Shown: positions 27,303 to 42,500 of the stretch, piece after piece
Layout: every line of letters starts with the position of its first letter
Numbering within the stretch: position 1 is the stretch's first letter
Assembly: GCA_051294375.1 (NCBI GenBank)
Contig: CM119267.1
Span: forward strand, 2,098,793-2,162,792
Direction of reading: 5' to 3'
DNA: 64,000 bases
Source of the DNA: Paraspadella gotoi
Taxonomy: Eukaryota > Animalia > Chaetognatha
The notes under the pieces: model-generated
Told to the model about the DNA's origin: nothing
Seen by the model: the letters and a program-made list of their open reading frames with translations, nothing else
The model's database searches: none
Position numbers and translations under genes: made by a program

Positions 27303-28405
27303 TTATGTCTGAGGATGATCCTGCTTGGAGGCCTTCAGGGCAGCGTTGACAAAGGTGAAGCCCTTCTGAATCGGCGCGAGGCTCCGAGCGTTCTCTTGGA
27401 TCCAGGGATGCTTCAGCGCCTCCGCGAAGGCAATGCGACTGGCTGCGTTGTACTGCAGGAACTTCCTGATCAAATCTCTGGCGTTGGCGGAGACGAGAGC
27501 GGGGAACTGGAGATCGACTCGAGTGATTCGCCGATAAGTCTCGCTTTGATTCTGCATTTCGAACGGCGGCTTGCCCACCAAGAATTCGTACATGAGAATT
27601 CCGATCGTCCAGTGATCCACCTCGAAAAAGAGGGAATGCGCCAAAGGTTCAAAATTACAATATTTAACTCGTGTGGTCTATAAACGTAGCCTTACCTTTT
27701 CATCGTGGGAGCGACTTTCGACCATTTCCGGTGGGAGATAATCCAACGTCCCGCAGAGAGTTTTTCTCCGCGAGGATGGAGCGTGGACCGACCATCCAAA
27801 GTCAGCGATTTTGATTTCTCCTCTTAAACTGAGAAGCAAATTCTCTGGTTTGATGTCGCGATGAATCACTTTCTTTTCGTGACAATAGTCCAACGTGTCG
27901 CAAAGTTCCGCGATGAAGGTGGCCGATCGGGTTTCGTCGAAACTACCTGCCAACCAACTTTTTTTTTTACGGTACGTAGTACATTACGAAAGCTTAGACG
28001 CGGAACTAGGCCTACCTTACCTTGTTTGGTTAGTTGTTTGTAGAGTTCTCCCTGGGCCGCGAATTCGAGAACGAGATAAATCTTCTTTTCGTCATGGAAC
28101 CATTGGTACAAGGCCAGGATGTTGGGATGACGCAAATGAGCTTGAATCTCGATCTCGCGTCTCAACTGTTGCTCGCAATTGGCTTTCTCCAACTGCGACT
28201 TGAAGAGAACTTTCAAAGCGACGACGTAGTTGGCAGTTTTCTCTTTGGCCAAATAGACGCTACCGAACTTTCCCTTTCCCAATGGTTTCCCGATGTCGAA
28301 GCAGGAGAGCTTCCATTCCTTTTTCTTTTCTTTGTTTCCTTTGTTTTCCTTATTTTCTGATGGCGTCGGCGGCGGCGGCTCCAATGTTTCCGTCGGTGTC
28401 GACAT
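27303..28405 (-). CDS. Aurora kinase (Aurora B-like: short N-terminus, GELYKQL)
   Basis: [46 protein letters not shown] and [27 protein letters not shown]. 3 exons. Confidence 0.95.
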
Positions 28406-28622
28406 CTCCAGTTCACGGAGGAAATGAGGATTACCGACGGGATATTATTTTTAATCCCAGAAAATTATTTTAACTAAAGGATAAAATGACCAAAGCGGTT
28501 AATGAAAGTAAAAATTAAATATCACGTATAAATAATTGAGAATCAAGGGAATGTCTCACTCTCTGACCATTGACCATTCGTCACTTAACCGAGAGGGCAA
28601 CAGTTAGATTTGGTCTTCTTAA

Positions 28623-31600
28623 TCAGAGAAGGAACGGCGGCGGGGGCCGAGGACGAGTTGAGACTAGATCCGCTCTACGGAAGAAGGGGAGAAATAACAA
28701 AATTGGGAGGAAAAGAAATTCGTAAATTTGAATTCGTAAAATATAAATTCATTTAGCCGTTATTGCTATTATGATTAGAGTGCATCTTTGTTTAAAATTT
28801 AATTCCTCAAGATGATGGCGACGGATTACAGAGAAAATTCCGATTAACTAAAGCACGGGTAAAAATATTACTTTAAACTAATTTAATCGCCGACTACGGC
28901 GAAATAATGACCAGAGCGGATGATGACCCGAAATTATTCTAATTTAGTAAATGGCTAAATCAGCGCGGACCTTCTTTTTTTTTTCGCAAGGACAGTCACT
29001 TTTATTCACCTATGACTATCCAAATGGGTATCAGCCTCCTTGCTGATATCCGCGACTCGCCGACCTAATCCTTCCGGCTTGACATAAAAGTAATAGGGCA
29101 AGTTCTCCTGAAAAGTTTCCAAAGGCGACAACTTCTTGGCGCGGCATTCCTCGACGACTTTTTCCACTTTAAGGACGGTGTCGGCGGCGGTGTTCAAACG
29201 TTTAAAGAGGTCGTTGTAGGTGTCGTCGGTAGGGGCAGTGGGACTCTGGGCCCGACGAAATTCTTGCGCCACGAAATCGGCAAAACGGCGCGCCCTGTCG
29301 ACGAAGGCAGCGGCGTTGTCGTCCCATATCTGGGTTCGAACATTAGCGGAGGCCTCGGCGGCCTCGAACGCGCGAAGAATGTAATCGAGGTCGTGCTCGT
29401 CTCCCGCTGCGGCGTCTAAAGCGGCGCCCGCAGCAGCTGCACCCGGGTCCAGCTTCAACGCCGGCATGTCGTTTCTTCTCCTCTCGACAGAAGCGGAGGA
29501 GTGAAAGAGAGACGCCCACGAGGAAATGGGGCGAGAGGAGGAAGCGGCGTCAGAGGCGTCGATGACGTCATCGAGGAAACGCTGGATGACGGAGCGGGAC
29601 GACGCCTGGAATATTTATCATTTTCACTTAATTTCAATTAATGACCAAGATTTAGATTTTTAATTTTAAACTGACAAACTCTTGGATGACGCTCTGGGCT
29701 TTTCCGATGTCTTCGCCAAAGAAGTCGAGCGTGGCCTTGTCCATCCTCAGTAAGTCGTTGGCGACTTGGATTCGTCCGCGTTGCCTTTTGAGAAACCAGA
29801 GGATTCTCTCCTGAGATCCAATGACATACTCGCGTCTTGCCAGTCGCACATCCAGGTGGGAGGAGCTCATGGAGGAGACGAAGAGATAAGCGGCTTCCTT
29901 TAACAAGGGTTCGAGAGAACGAAGGATGGAATCCTCTTCCTCAGAGTAGATGGATATGACTTGGGTTTGGTTCTCTTTGGATCCCACCCTCATGAACTTG
30001 ATACGAGAAAGACATGGCAACGTTTAACTGCTTTTACAAAATTCCATAAACCGAGTTCAATGAGCCTTTCCTTTCCTCTGTACCTTGCTCACATTCTGCG
30101 AGGCTTCTATCATTGTGTCGGCGGCTGCCCGTTGATAACAATACATCCGCTGGGATTCGATTTTGGCAAAGCTGGAAAATAGATATCGACGGAAAAACCT
30201 CTCCGTCTCTTCCCTGGGAAAAGAATTTCAGTTAGAACAACATTTATTATCGAAACTTAAGCATCGACTAACTGAGTAAGATTGGCGCCCGATGGATTCC
30301 CGGATTTCGATACCAGGAACAGCTTTTTCTTTTCCTCGGGAAAGAGTCGCTTCCCCAGCGACGTCAGCTCTCGAGTCACGTGATTTTCCGCGCGTATAAA
30401 TCCGTCCCAATCCGCCGACGCCATGGACCAATCGGGTGAGATATGATCGTGGAGATAACTGAACAGTAGGGTCAAGTGAAAGTTTCAAAATTTAGCAGTT
30501 AAAACTATATTTTTAAACTGGAAATTGAAAATCGGCATCTTAAAAATAATTTTTTACATTTTTGAATAACTTAATGAAATATTTTTTTTAAAAACAATTA
30601 TACTTTCTTATATCAACTTTTTGCAAGAAATCCCAATCCGATTTTGAAATTTGCCTTTTGAAATTTTAACCTATTATATACTTATTACTATATATAAATA
30701 TAGCTCAACAGTGTCCACTAATGTTTATAATTAAAAAATAAATTTACCAAAATATTAGTTTTGATTTTTTTATTTTATATGCTAAACTTTAATTTTCTAA
30801 AATTTTATCATTTTTACATGACTACTGAACAGGAAACTCTTTTATGAAATTAAGTTAGATTGTGTAACCAAGAGCCAAAGGTCAAAAATGACAATTATTT
30901 AAAATGACAATGATAATATTTAATTAAAAAAAAAACATTCGAATTTAAAACGAAAAAATAATTACCAAAGATTTTCGTCAAACTGACCCAACGTTTGGGT
31001 CAGGTTCTGATTGGGCACGAGTTCTGTCGCCTCTGTTTAAACAAATATCAATATCAATCGCTAAAAATAGACTCGATGCGCTTCGTTCCTCCCTCTCACC
31101 TTCGCATTCCTCCTCTTCTTCCTCTTTCTCCAACAAAATTCCTCTCTGCGCCTCAAGGCGCTCCATCTCCCGGGCGAGCGTCTCCCCTTTCTCCTTCTCA
31201 AACTGCAGCTCCTCCTCCACGCGTCGCAGCTCCTCGTCGAGATCCTCGTCCGAGTCGTCGTCATCCTGGCGATCGAAATTCAATAACGGGATTTCAGCCG
31301 CTCGCGATCCGTCGTCACCGAATGGTGATCGAATTTATTTGGCAGTTATTAAGGAACAAGTTTGAGCAAACAATGTCGGATCTGCCTACGAATAATTAAT
31401 AATTAATTGAATTAATTAATAAATTAATTAATTAATTATTAATAGATATAATTAAATTTATATTCAGCTTGTCATCATCGATGTCCTTAAAATTGAGTCA
31501 GGACAGTTATTAAATGTTTGTTTACATTTTATCAAAACAAACAAATATCCTCTATTATCGAGCCAGGCGGCAAAGCCCGTCCTGTCTAGATTTTGATTCG

Positions 31601-31860
31601 GTTTAGCTTTCGTCTCGCTTTTTTGCAATCATGGCTTCTGAAAGTGTGATATCATAGGGAGTTGAATTTTCATATATGGCTTCTAATCATCAAGATCTTT
31701 AAAATTCTCATGTTTCATATCAATATTCGTATTTGTTTATGTTTATTTACAAAACAAAAACGTTTTAATTATATGTCGCTCTCTTCTTTCTTTTTCTCCT
31801 TCACTGCTTCTTCTGATTTTGTCTAAAAACGAGTTCCGGCTCTGCAGCGTCTGTCCAGCT

Positions 31861-31900
<40 letters not shown>

Positions 31901-34248
31901 TCTTTTTTTTTACAAAAAATTTTAGATATAATGTGGGTTCACTAATGTAAATGCCGCGAACAGGCGCCGAACTCGGGTCCTTGGGTAGAGAATAGCTCAC
32001 GCTATGTGCGGCGCCATAAGTACTGCTGATTCTTTAACGAGTAAAGGGGCTGTAGAGCTTCTCTCTCTCTCTCTCTCTTTTAATTATTATATCGCTCTTT
32101 TCTTTTCTCTTTTTCTCTGCAGCGGCTGTCTCTCTCTCTCTCTGTCTCTCTGTGCTGTGTCTGTCCCTATCTGTCCGATCTCTTGCGTGATCGTTTGTTT
32201 TTTGAAAAATTCTGATTATTTTTTTCCTTTCTAAAAACTTTATTATTGCCATTTATTCCGCGCTTTTTTTCAATACAAAATCCCATATTTTCATCCGAGA
32301 TTTTCGTGGATTTATTCTCTTTCTTTCTCTCTCTCTCTCTTTCTTTCTTTTCTCTCTCTCTCTTTTTTATTCTCTCTCTCTCTCTCTCTCTCTCTTCACT
32401 CATACACGCATTTGTTTGTTTATTGACTATCATGCGCATCAATGAATGACATTCATCGCATCAATGAATGACAATCATCGCATCACTGAATGACTATCAT
32501 CACAGCAGTGAATGACTATCATCGCATCAATAATTGATTATCATCGAATCAATAATCAATTCCTATTACATCAATAAATTACTATTACATCAATCAATTA
32601 GTATTACCTCAATCAATTACTAGTACATCAACAATTCGTTATCGCATGATTCATTCGTTTTTTTCCCGGTTTTTTTCATTAATTTTCTATGATAGTGGGC
32701 TCTGGCTCGATCTTGAGTCTTTTAAGATTTTTTTATTTTATGTCTCCTTCCTCTCTCTCTTCTCTTCTCACTCTCTCTTTCTCTCTCTCTTCTCTCTCTC
32801 TCTCTTTTATGCAATAGCGACGATCCTTATGCTTTTAGATTTTTTTAACTTGCATCATTTTTTCAACTTGCATAATTTTTTCAACTTGCATTCCGTCAAA
32901 ACTTTATATCTAGCTTCTTCACTCACTTTCCTACCGGCTCACAAAATTTCATCTCAAATCTATCATGGGTTAAAATAAATAAAAAGATTCAAGTAAATGT
33001 GACTCATATTTTTTTTCATTTAAACTCATTTCCACTGTACGTTTCCACTGAAACTTTATATCAAGCTTCGTCATACGTTTTCCTACCCACACACAAAATT
33101 TCAACTCAATCTATCCATCCAATTATGATTAATTGGAGTATTATTGGTTAAAATAAGTAAAAAGATTTTAGTAAATTCGACTTATGTTTTTTCCATTTAA
33201 ACTAATTTCCACTCACACGATTCCATCGAAATTTTATATCCAGCTTTATCACACACTTCCTACCCACACACAAAATTTAATTCCAATCCAACCAGCCAAT
33301 CACGAGTTATTGGAGCTTTTTGCTAAGATGGGACGGATGGACGGATTGATTGACTAAATAATTATTGATTAATTTATTTACTAATTGATTAATTAACTGA
33401 TTAATTATTTGATTTATTAATACATCCTGCAGATACATTTAATATAAAAGGAAAAAGAAGCATAATCAATTAGTAAAACAGGTTTTTTGTTTTTTTCCAT
33501 TTAAACTCATTTCCACTCAAACTATTCCATCGAAACTTGATTTCCTGTTCAATCACACACTTTCCTACCCACATACAAAATTCCAGGTCATCAGCCCATC
33601 CACTCATGAGCAATTGGTGTTAAAATAGTGAATATATTTTTTTGTTTTTTCCATTTAAACTCATTTCCACTCGGACGATTCCATCGAAACTTCATATCCA
33701 GCTCAATCACACACTTACCAATCCACACACAAAATTTCATTTAAATCCATCCATCCAATCACGAGTAATTGGTGTTTTTTGCTAAGGGTGGGACGGACGA
33801 CGGACGGACGATCATTTTTTTTGCATAATTTATCATAATTCGATGTTCTGACATGATATAAGTGTGTGCCCGACAATATTGAGGGGGCGGACCGATGGAC
33901 CGAAAAAGTGAGTTATAGAGTCGGGATCTGCTGATAAGCAGATCCGACTAAAAAAAGGAGGAAAGGTAAGATCGATAGAGACTCGCCATCTCTTCCTCGG
34001 CGGCGGCAGCGGCGGCCAAATCGAGGATCTTCCGAGCCATTCCCAATCTTGGACCTCACCGTCGCTCACCATCCTCTTCCACTCCTTGGCCTCCTCCTCA
34101 GTCAACACGTTATCGGCGTTGACGACGCGGAGGAAGGCTTGGAGACACTCGGCCAGCGGCGTGTCGAATAATGCTCGGCCGAGCGGGTGCTCAGTTCTTC
34201 CCCCATACCTAGGCGAGTCAGCAATCGCGTCAACTCGCGGCCGGACAT
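28623..34248 (-). CDS. Putative HAUS3/Dgt3-like augmin subunit (two 1-bp indels in exon 1 as assembled)
   Basis: Corrected N-terminus MSGRELTRLLTRLG...LFDTPLAECLQAFLRVVNADNVLTEEE resembles the HAUS3 N-terminal pattern (L..LG...WLF...FL......NVLS..E). It is followed by coiled-coil exons at about 31266-31100, 31032-30966, 30460-30270, 30214-29679, 29606-29010 and a last exon 28674-28623. Family call is from recall, not a search. Confidence 0.5.
32880..33955. mobile_element. Helentron/DINE-1-like repeat with internal ~150-bp tandem units, in the first intron of the HAUS3-like gene
   Basis: Multiple copies of CTCATTTCCACT...TTCCATCGAAA...CCTACCCACACACAAAA; same terminal block as 8780-9235. Confidence 0.6.
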
Positions 34249-34468
34249 GACCAAAGTTATATATAAAAAGGAACTTGCCTTGAATAAAAAGAAATGGTAA
34301 AAACATATCTCAGAAATACTGAGAGTTGAATTGAAAATACAATTGAAAACGAAGCTCGAGAGAAAACCATAAGAAAAATAAAACCGAGCGTCCAAATAAA
34401 AATAAAAATGAAATCGCGTTGGAGAAAAAGTCGGTTTTTTGTGCTGAAGAGAGAAGGAGAATTCTCTT

Positions 34469-35267
34469 TCAATCCTTTCCCGTGGAGCCGAAGCCGCCCT
34501 CCCCACGGTCAGTCTCGCTCAGCGACTCTGCCTCCTCCAGCTCCGCCTCGCTGATTTTCTCCAGCACCAATTGTGCGACGCGGTCGCCCTTGGCAACGGC
34601 GAAAGACGAATCGCCAAAGTTGAAGAGAAGGACCTTCACGTTACCGCGATAGTCTGAAAAAGGGCAGAGGGACGGATTGGGGCATGACTCTTAAAAAGGG
34701 AAAAAATTGCAAAAGAAAATTACGATCTGTCAATATCCAAAGGACATTTAAGCAGATAATTTATTTTATTGTCAAACCTTTGTCGATGACGCCGGCGCCA
34801 ACGTCGATGCCATGTTTGGCGGCGAGACCAGATCGCGGTGCCACGCGGCCGTAACATCCATCAGGGACTTGGATCTGAATGTCCGTCTGAAGTAACAGAA
34901 ATAATTACCGATCATTTTATAAATTTAACAAACAAGAGTAAAATCCTAAACTCCCTACCTTGACGAGCTCCCGCTTTCCGGCATCGATAGTCTTATCCTC
35001 GGCGGCGTAAAGATCGAAACCAGCGGCGGCGGCGGACCCCCGCTTCGGCGCCGTCGCGTGCTCCGACAGTTTGGCGAACCTGAGCACTTGGCGAAGGACT
35101 TTGTCCGAGGAGGCGGCCGAGTCCTCAGCCGAGTGGGTGGCTGCGTCGGCGGAGGGGGCGTCGGCGGGACAGACCGCTTCCACGGCATCCGACGTCTTCG
35201 CCTTCTTCGTCGCCGGAACCTCCATTACTTCCTCCTCTTCCATCGGCGTGTTTTCGAGGACGGGCAT
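34469..35267 (-). CDS. DUT: dUTP pyrophosphatase (trimeric dUTPase)
   Basis: Motifs [37 protein letters not shown] and [10 protein letters not shown]. 3 exons. Confidence 0.96.
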
Positions 35268-35457
35268 TTTTAATATTGGGTTTTTTTAGTTGTTTATAAA
35301 ATAATGCCAAGATTCAAACTGTAAAATTAACCTTTATTTAGGATTCAGGATTGCCCACACCTTATGAATTAAAAGCAATTTCGCATGGTACAAATAAAAT
35401 TAATGTACGAACCATGAACGAAATGACGGGACGTGACCAGAATATAAATAACTGTTT

Positions 35458-36513
35458 TTAAAGAATAGAATCATCATCTTCATCATCGCCGTAATACTCG
35501 TCGTAACGGGCGAGAAGGATTTCTTTAGCTCGATCCAGAACAGCGAGGATGAACCGATGATAGGGGAAGAGTGGCTCCTTCGTCAACGGCGCCGTCACCA
35601 GCGTCGACAGATTGGCGGGAGACTCGATCTCGATTCCAGAGACCAACTCCTCCTTCAAGGCCTCGACGTCCAAAGGGTGGCGGGCGTCGGGGTTGTTGTT
35701 TAAAGAGAACTGAAGAAAGGATATAGAATGGTAAGAGATGGGAAGAGAGAGCGAAAGATTTTCCTTAATAGTTTTACCGAGAATTTATTCTGGAAAGATA
35801 TGGCCCTCAAATTATCCTCATTTTATTCATAGATATTCAAAATAACAATATTCATTATTTTTCTCATGGCAAGGAGAGACTAAAAACAATTTTTTTTCTT
35901 TACCACCCCCCCCCCAAAAAAAAAGCGGGTTGTAAAGATACGATTATAGAATTATCTCTTAAATCGAAAGATGTACAGTCGCGCGACTGAACAGTTGAGA
36001 GAAGAAAAAAATGAAGACTAAATGTAATGCCTTCCTCTCCATCAAACGTGGATTTGAAAATCCTTTTGACTAAACATTAAACAATGGAAAAGAATCGAGA
36101 GAAAAGGATAGAGGACGAATTTTGTTCGGCCGAGATTGTCGTAAAAAAAAAAGGAGGGAGAGAACAAAGGGAGAAAATCTCTCTCTCTCTCTCGACCTCG
36201 AGGAAAGAGTTTCTTCCTTTCAGAAAGAATAACTTTGACCTCCTAGATCAGTGATTTTCTTCAACTCGACGCCACAAAAATCCAAAGTTTAGTGAATTGT
36301 AATTTTTAAGGTTTCCGCTTTGAAAGAAAATATTTGAGTTCGTTAAAAGTTTTGGGTTTCGCGCCTTCAACTCAAAAGCAAAATCAAACTCGCATGTGAG
36401 AGGAAACTCGCTACAGCTGCGCGACAAAGAGCCGAACTCGGACGGACGGCTGCGGGGCTACGCGGCGGACGGAGGACCAATGGACGAGACGAGTTTTGAA
36501 TTGAATCCGAGGC

Positions 36514-36592
<79 letters not shown>

Positions 36593-39500
36593 AAGAGCAA
36601 CAGGACTTCGCGGTTTCACGAGGACGTTGCGAAGAGATTCGCGGGAAAGGAGATTGAGGGACGCGACTCGTTTGACGAGAGACAAATCGAGAGAAATGAA
36701 ATGAAAAAATGTCTCGGCAGAAATTCATGAGTCCGTCTAGAGATACAGATACACACAAACCACAAACAAGCCAGCAAGAAAGCCGTTGCCAAGTAACTCA
36801 CCTTCTCAGGAAAACCCCGTCCGCAGACATCCTGGGCGTCGACGACGACGTCGGGGATCAAAAGGAATCGAAGAGTGAGACGGAAGGGTTGACGTCCCCG
36901 TTTTCCGGCTCCAATTATCACATCCAAGAAAAACCGATCAGGCTCGCGGACAAACCTAAATTTGGAGAAGAAGGGCGCGCCGATAAATCTTAACTTAGAA
37001 TTTCCATTAATAACTTTATATTCCCTCCCCCATTTAGAACTTTAACAACAATAGATTTTACGGCAACGCATCCCGTCCCAAGTAGTAACTGACTCTTACC
37101 TGCTCGTTTGATCCCAGTCGCCGTTTCCATAACCCGGATGGAAAAGGATTTTGTGGCCGAGTTCCCCCAACTTGAAGACGAAGTCGATGATGACGACGAC
37201 GTCGTACAAGTGGTGACTCAAATGCGCCTGCGTCCTGTTCCACGATTCCAAAGAGAATGAGGACGTTTCCCACTTTTATTACATTACATTACAACTGACC
37301 ACATCTTCGGGGTTAATCCTTCCTTCATCTTGTCGAAGATCATGACCGGCAATTCCCTCCGCAAGTCGTCGAGGACAGAGTCGTATTTTCCTCCTTTTCG
37401 CTCGCAGCTCAATTTAGTCTCGACGACTTGGAACGAGTCGTCGGATTCCACGAGGTCGCCCAGAGACACGTCGAGGTTGAAACGCCACGCCTCAAAGCTG
37501 GAGGCGGTAGGGGATGAAAATGTTAAAATAAAAGAACATAAAATGCATTTTAAAAATGCTATAGGATTGTTCGTATGGTAAGACTGATAATCTTTGAACC
37601 AATACTAGGTTCATAACTTGTATAAAATAAAAAAAGTATCCCGACCTGAAGTAAAAAAATCCTCCGGGTTTAAGGGAGAAGTTACAGAGTTTCCAAGTAT
37701 CCTTGGACGGATTATAATTTTTAATGATCTCCATCCCTCTTTCCCTTTTCTTCTTGGCCTCCATCCTTTCGGCCTTGCGTTCCTCAAAGCGACGCCTCTC
37801 ATCCTTCTTAGAGGCGAGCTCATTCTCCTTCTCCGCCTCTGCCTCCTTCGCTTCCTTCAGTCTTTTCTTCAGCGCCTCCAATTCCTCCCGATCTTCTATC
37901 TGGCGACGCAGCGCCTCAGCCTCCGCCTCGGCAGAATCGCGGCGCCGCTTCGCATCCTCCGCAATCCCCGTCACTTTGGCCCGCAGCGCCGCCAATAAAT
38001 CGCGCAGCTGCACCACGTCGTCACGCTCCTGGACGAGACAGTCCAGAAATTGCCGGTCGATTTTAGCCTGGAAGTCGACTTTCTTTCGGCGCTCGCGATC
38101 GGAGTAAAGGCGGAAGAGACTTTCGACCTGGAGTTAAAAAAGATTTAAGCGCCTTAATAAATCTGCAAACTCTTTAAAATTTCAAGAGCGATTTAATCAG
38201 ATAATATGTACAATTTTGTACATATGCATAATAATTTCTCAATGACATCAAACATGGAATTTTCGGCGGCGACTTTACCTTTCGTTGAATGACGAGTCGA
38301 TCGTTTTGGTCTCCCTCAACCCACTCATAAACCAAAGGCGGGAGCTGCCCGCCCACCGCTCGCGACTGCAGAGTTTCCAACGTCGCCCCCAGCTTCTCAA
38401 CTCGGTCGTGCTGATGGGCGACGAGGCTATCCACGGCGTACTTGGCGGAAAAGTATCTAGGGTCGGCCAAGTGGTAGCGAAGGAGAGCCTCGCGGAATGC
38501 ATCGTGGTCGGTAGGGGTGTTGACCGGAGTGTCGACTGCTGTGGCGAGGGTGTTGGAGGAAGAGCCGGCGTGAGAAGAAGGAGCCGTAAACTCAGGCATC
38601 GAAATCTCTTCCCGCCACTGATTGTAAGAGAACAACCGATTGTAAGAGTACAACAATTTGCAAGAGAACTAAAAACAGGAGCCGTACCACGTGACCATTT
38701 GAAACCCGCCGCTTTATTAAGAAAACGGGTAAAGATTTTAACATTTTCAAAAAAGATTTATAAAAACAAAACATTCTTATTTTTATATATAAATTTTTTG
38801 ATAATTGATTTGTTTTGAATTCGTAATGAGCGAAAAAAGATGAGGAAATTCGTCTGCTGGAATTGATAGCTCTGTTAAACAATCATTAACACACTAATTA
38901 GTACTAATAAGGATATCACAAAAAAGTTAATTAAAAATTGATTGAGGAATATCGATTATAATTTTTTAAAAGTAATATACTTTGCTATCAACTATTTTTA
39001 AAATTTAAGTAATTATAATTTTATACTTTAAAACTAACTGAACCTAAAAAAATATTTTTATACTAAAGAATCGGAAAATATAACAATTTCATAATATATA
39101 GTTTTCAAAAGGCTTTCAGGCAATATAAATATTATTGTTATTGTTTAAAAAACTTTTATAAATCGGCTAAAAAAAAAGACAGATTTTTCATTCAAGCATA
39201 GGGATCATTTCCTAAGCTATCTTTTACCTCTTTCTGTTAAAATAGAAAAAAATCAAAAAAATAATATATATATAAAAATATAATTAAAAATAAATATATT
39301 TTATTTTTAAGTATCTTTTTTAAAAATATTAAAATCTCAAGTTTTCGTATGGTGAATTTTTTTATAGCGGCGGTTTTTGAATGGTCACCCGGTACTAAAC
39401 AAAACATAATATTGAATAATCAATTAATCATCTCAAAGAGAAAAGCCGGCGACCTTTTGGTCCAAAGCCTTCAAGTCGATCCCGCAGGCGGCGACGAGGT

Positions 39501-42500
39501 CGTTGATCGCGTCGCCCGCCTCAATGAAAGTCAGCGCCCCTAGCGACGAAAGATCCTTGGCAAGTTCCGCCGTCGACGCCGACGAGGGTGTGGAGGCGGC
39601 GTCGTCATCGCAGGCGAAGGTCAAAAGTGGAAGTTCCTCGTCGATGCCGACTTAAGAAATTAGAAAGAAACGATGAGTTTATAATATTTGATTTTATGCG
39701 ATATGTTTTATATTCGATCACGTGACTAATCGAGCGTGAAACAATTGAAGAATGCGTACAACCAGCGTTTAATAATACCTTACTTCTGTTAAGAATGAAC
39801 TAAAAATCAGTATTATACTAGCAATTATATCGTATTATAAATATTTGGTCAATGTGACCGCACAAATAAGAAAAAAATGTGAACATATAATGTAAATGAC
39901 TCGGTATTAGGGCTAATTTTAATGTAAGTGCCATCAACCAACACAGTTGCTTCACGAATATTCGCGGCGCAACTAAAAACGGACACTTCATTCCCACCTG
40001 AAGATTTAAATATTTTCTCCGGACTTGGCGCAAGGAGTTCCGCCTGAGCAGCATCGGCGGCTGACGTTTCAAGCCAAAAGGATTTTTGTTTTTCAAGATC
40101 CGAGGAAGCGTCTAGTAAAGACGGGTCAGAAACCGCGGGGGCGATGGAAGCCAGTGGACCGGAGACGAGAGGGGCAGGAGTGATGAGAGGACCCGAGGAG
40201 ACAGGAGCAGGAGGGGCGAGTGAGCGGAGGAGAGTAGAGGGGGAGGAGCAACAGGATCGGAGGAGATTGGAGCTGGAGGGGAGAGAGGACCCGAGGAGAC
40301 TGGAGCAGGAGGGGCGAGTGGAGCGGAGGAGAGTAGAGGGGAGGAGCAACAGGATCGGAGGAGATTGGAGCTGGAGGGGAGAGAGGACCCGAGGAGACTG
40401 GAGCAGGAGGGGCGAGTGGAGCGGAGGTGAGTAGAGGGGGAGGAGCAACAGGATCGGAGGAGAGTGGAGCGGGAGGGGAGAGAGGAGCAGGGGCGGAATT
40501 TTGAAAAGCGGAGACGAGAAAAGCAGATACGAGAGGATCGACGGCGGGTTGCGAAATCGGCTGAGGACACGAGACGTCGCCGAGTAAAGACATTTCCGCG
40601 TTAGTCCTTCCTTCGTCATTTTCATTGACATCCATTTGGATATCGGAAATTTCTCCGTCATCGATCGTTGATTGAGCGATGGTGGCGCCATCATCGACGA
40701 CCATGACCGAGGATCCGGCGTCGGGCGACTTGGCGCCGGAAATCGCTATCGATGACTCATCCATCGATTCGATAAGATTCTTTTCTCGGCCGGCGACGGC
40801 GTCACTTGCGCCGCGTGAAGATTCGTTAGCGGGATCGATCCGAGATTCCTTCATCGTCATCATCATTATGGCGCTTTTGGGATTTTGGGCCTCAGATCGA
40901 TCGGGAATCGAAACGACGGACATTTCCGCATCTCCGAGCAAAGTGACGCCTTTCGAAACGACGCTCTTCGCCGACGAAGGAGAATCTCCGAGCAGAGAAG
41001 CGTCGCCCAGCGTTTCGTCTTTCTCGATAGCGGAGATGGCGTCGCGAAGGGCGGACCCAACGTCGAGCTTGTCGTCGTCGTCTTCGGCCTCGTCGTCGTT
41101 GATAGCGTCGACGATCCCTTGGATGGAGCGGTCATCGAGCGGGGTCTTGCGATTGGACACGACTTTGCCTCGAGTCACGCGTCGCATCACGGCGAGAAAA
41201 CCAGCCTCGTCTTCATCGTTAATCTGGGAAAAAAACAAGGAAGGGGGGGAAAGATTAATTAGTCTGAAAAAAATAACTTAAGAAATCAAAGGTTTTGCGT
41301 CAAACGCGGATGAAGATTTCGCCCCAACTCTTTTTACCTCAAGGTCGTCGTCCTCAGATTCGGTAGTTGGCCGAGAGACGGGCAGGCGGAATTTGCCGGT
41401 TGCTCCTGGCGGACAAATCCCCGCCAAGTTCTTGACTAGAGAGTCGTCCGCTGAAAACAAAAAAAAAAATTAATCCGTGACAATTATTGCGATGTTAAAA
41501 ATTGTAAAATTCATAATATAATCGCTTAATTTTAAGTCGGCTTCAAAGGAAACTCATTACAGTTCAATGAAATGAAGCGACAGACCTTCTCTGCTGGGGG
41601 AGATGGACATGTCGGCGGTCAGGGCGCTCTGCGATCGCGTCATCATGAACGGGAGTTCGCGCGGGCATTTCGGGCCGCTCATAATCTTAAAACGCAGCAA
41701 GCAAAGAAAAATATATGAAGAAGTGAAGAAGTTGGGGGGGGAAATATATAGTTACGGGGGAAAAACAATAACCTGCAAAGAAAGATCTATTTCGTCCTCG
41801 TCATTTGGCGATTTCTGAGTCGTGTTTAATACGAGCGAGGATTCATCCAAGCTCATCTCCACATTAACTGTGTTCTCTGTCCTCTGGTCCTAATTAAAAA
41901 TAAATCAATAAATACACCAAGGGGACTTAAAAGGCCTTATCCATTGCATATGGCATAACCTTCCTCTGTAAAAGAAGAGAGTAAGGGTAAGGGCCTCAAG
42001 TCGCCTCAGCATTTACCTCCATTTGCAAGCAAAGAGAAGAAGTTGTCGAGTTGACGGGAATGCGGAGATTCGTAATGCGTCCAGTGTCCATATCCTTACA
42101 AGCTGAGAAAATGGGGGGGGGGAGTATTTAGTTTTTTAAATAAACTAAAACCTTATGGTGGACTAAAATCGACCAACCGTTCATCAGCGGCCATTGGTGC
42201 CGGAGGCAAGTCATTCGACTCTCGACCCAAAAGTCCGGGGTTCTAGCCCTGTGGTGTTACAGCCTGATCCGAAGCTCAGGGACATCTTATATTGAACGGT
42301 TCTGTCACTAACACAACAATAATCTCTTCAACCTTTTTTTTCTTTAAATTTAAGCCAAGCTTAACTCCATGACAAAAAAAAATACATTTAACCATTCGCA
42401 TTTGAGGGAGAAAAATCTTTTTCTCATTTTAAACTTTGTTTTAAAATTGGTGGACCGTCTCTTCCCCCCAGCCATCTCCCCACGGCCTCCAACTCCACCT

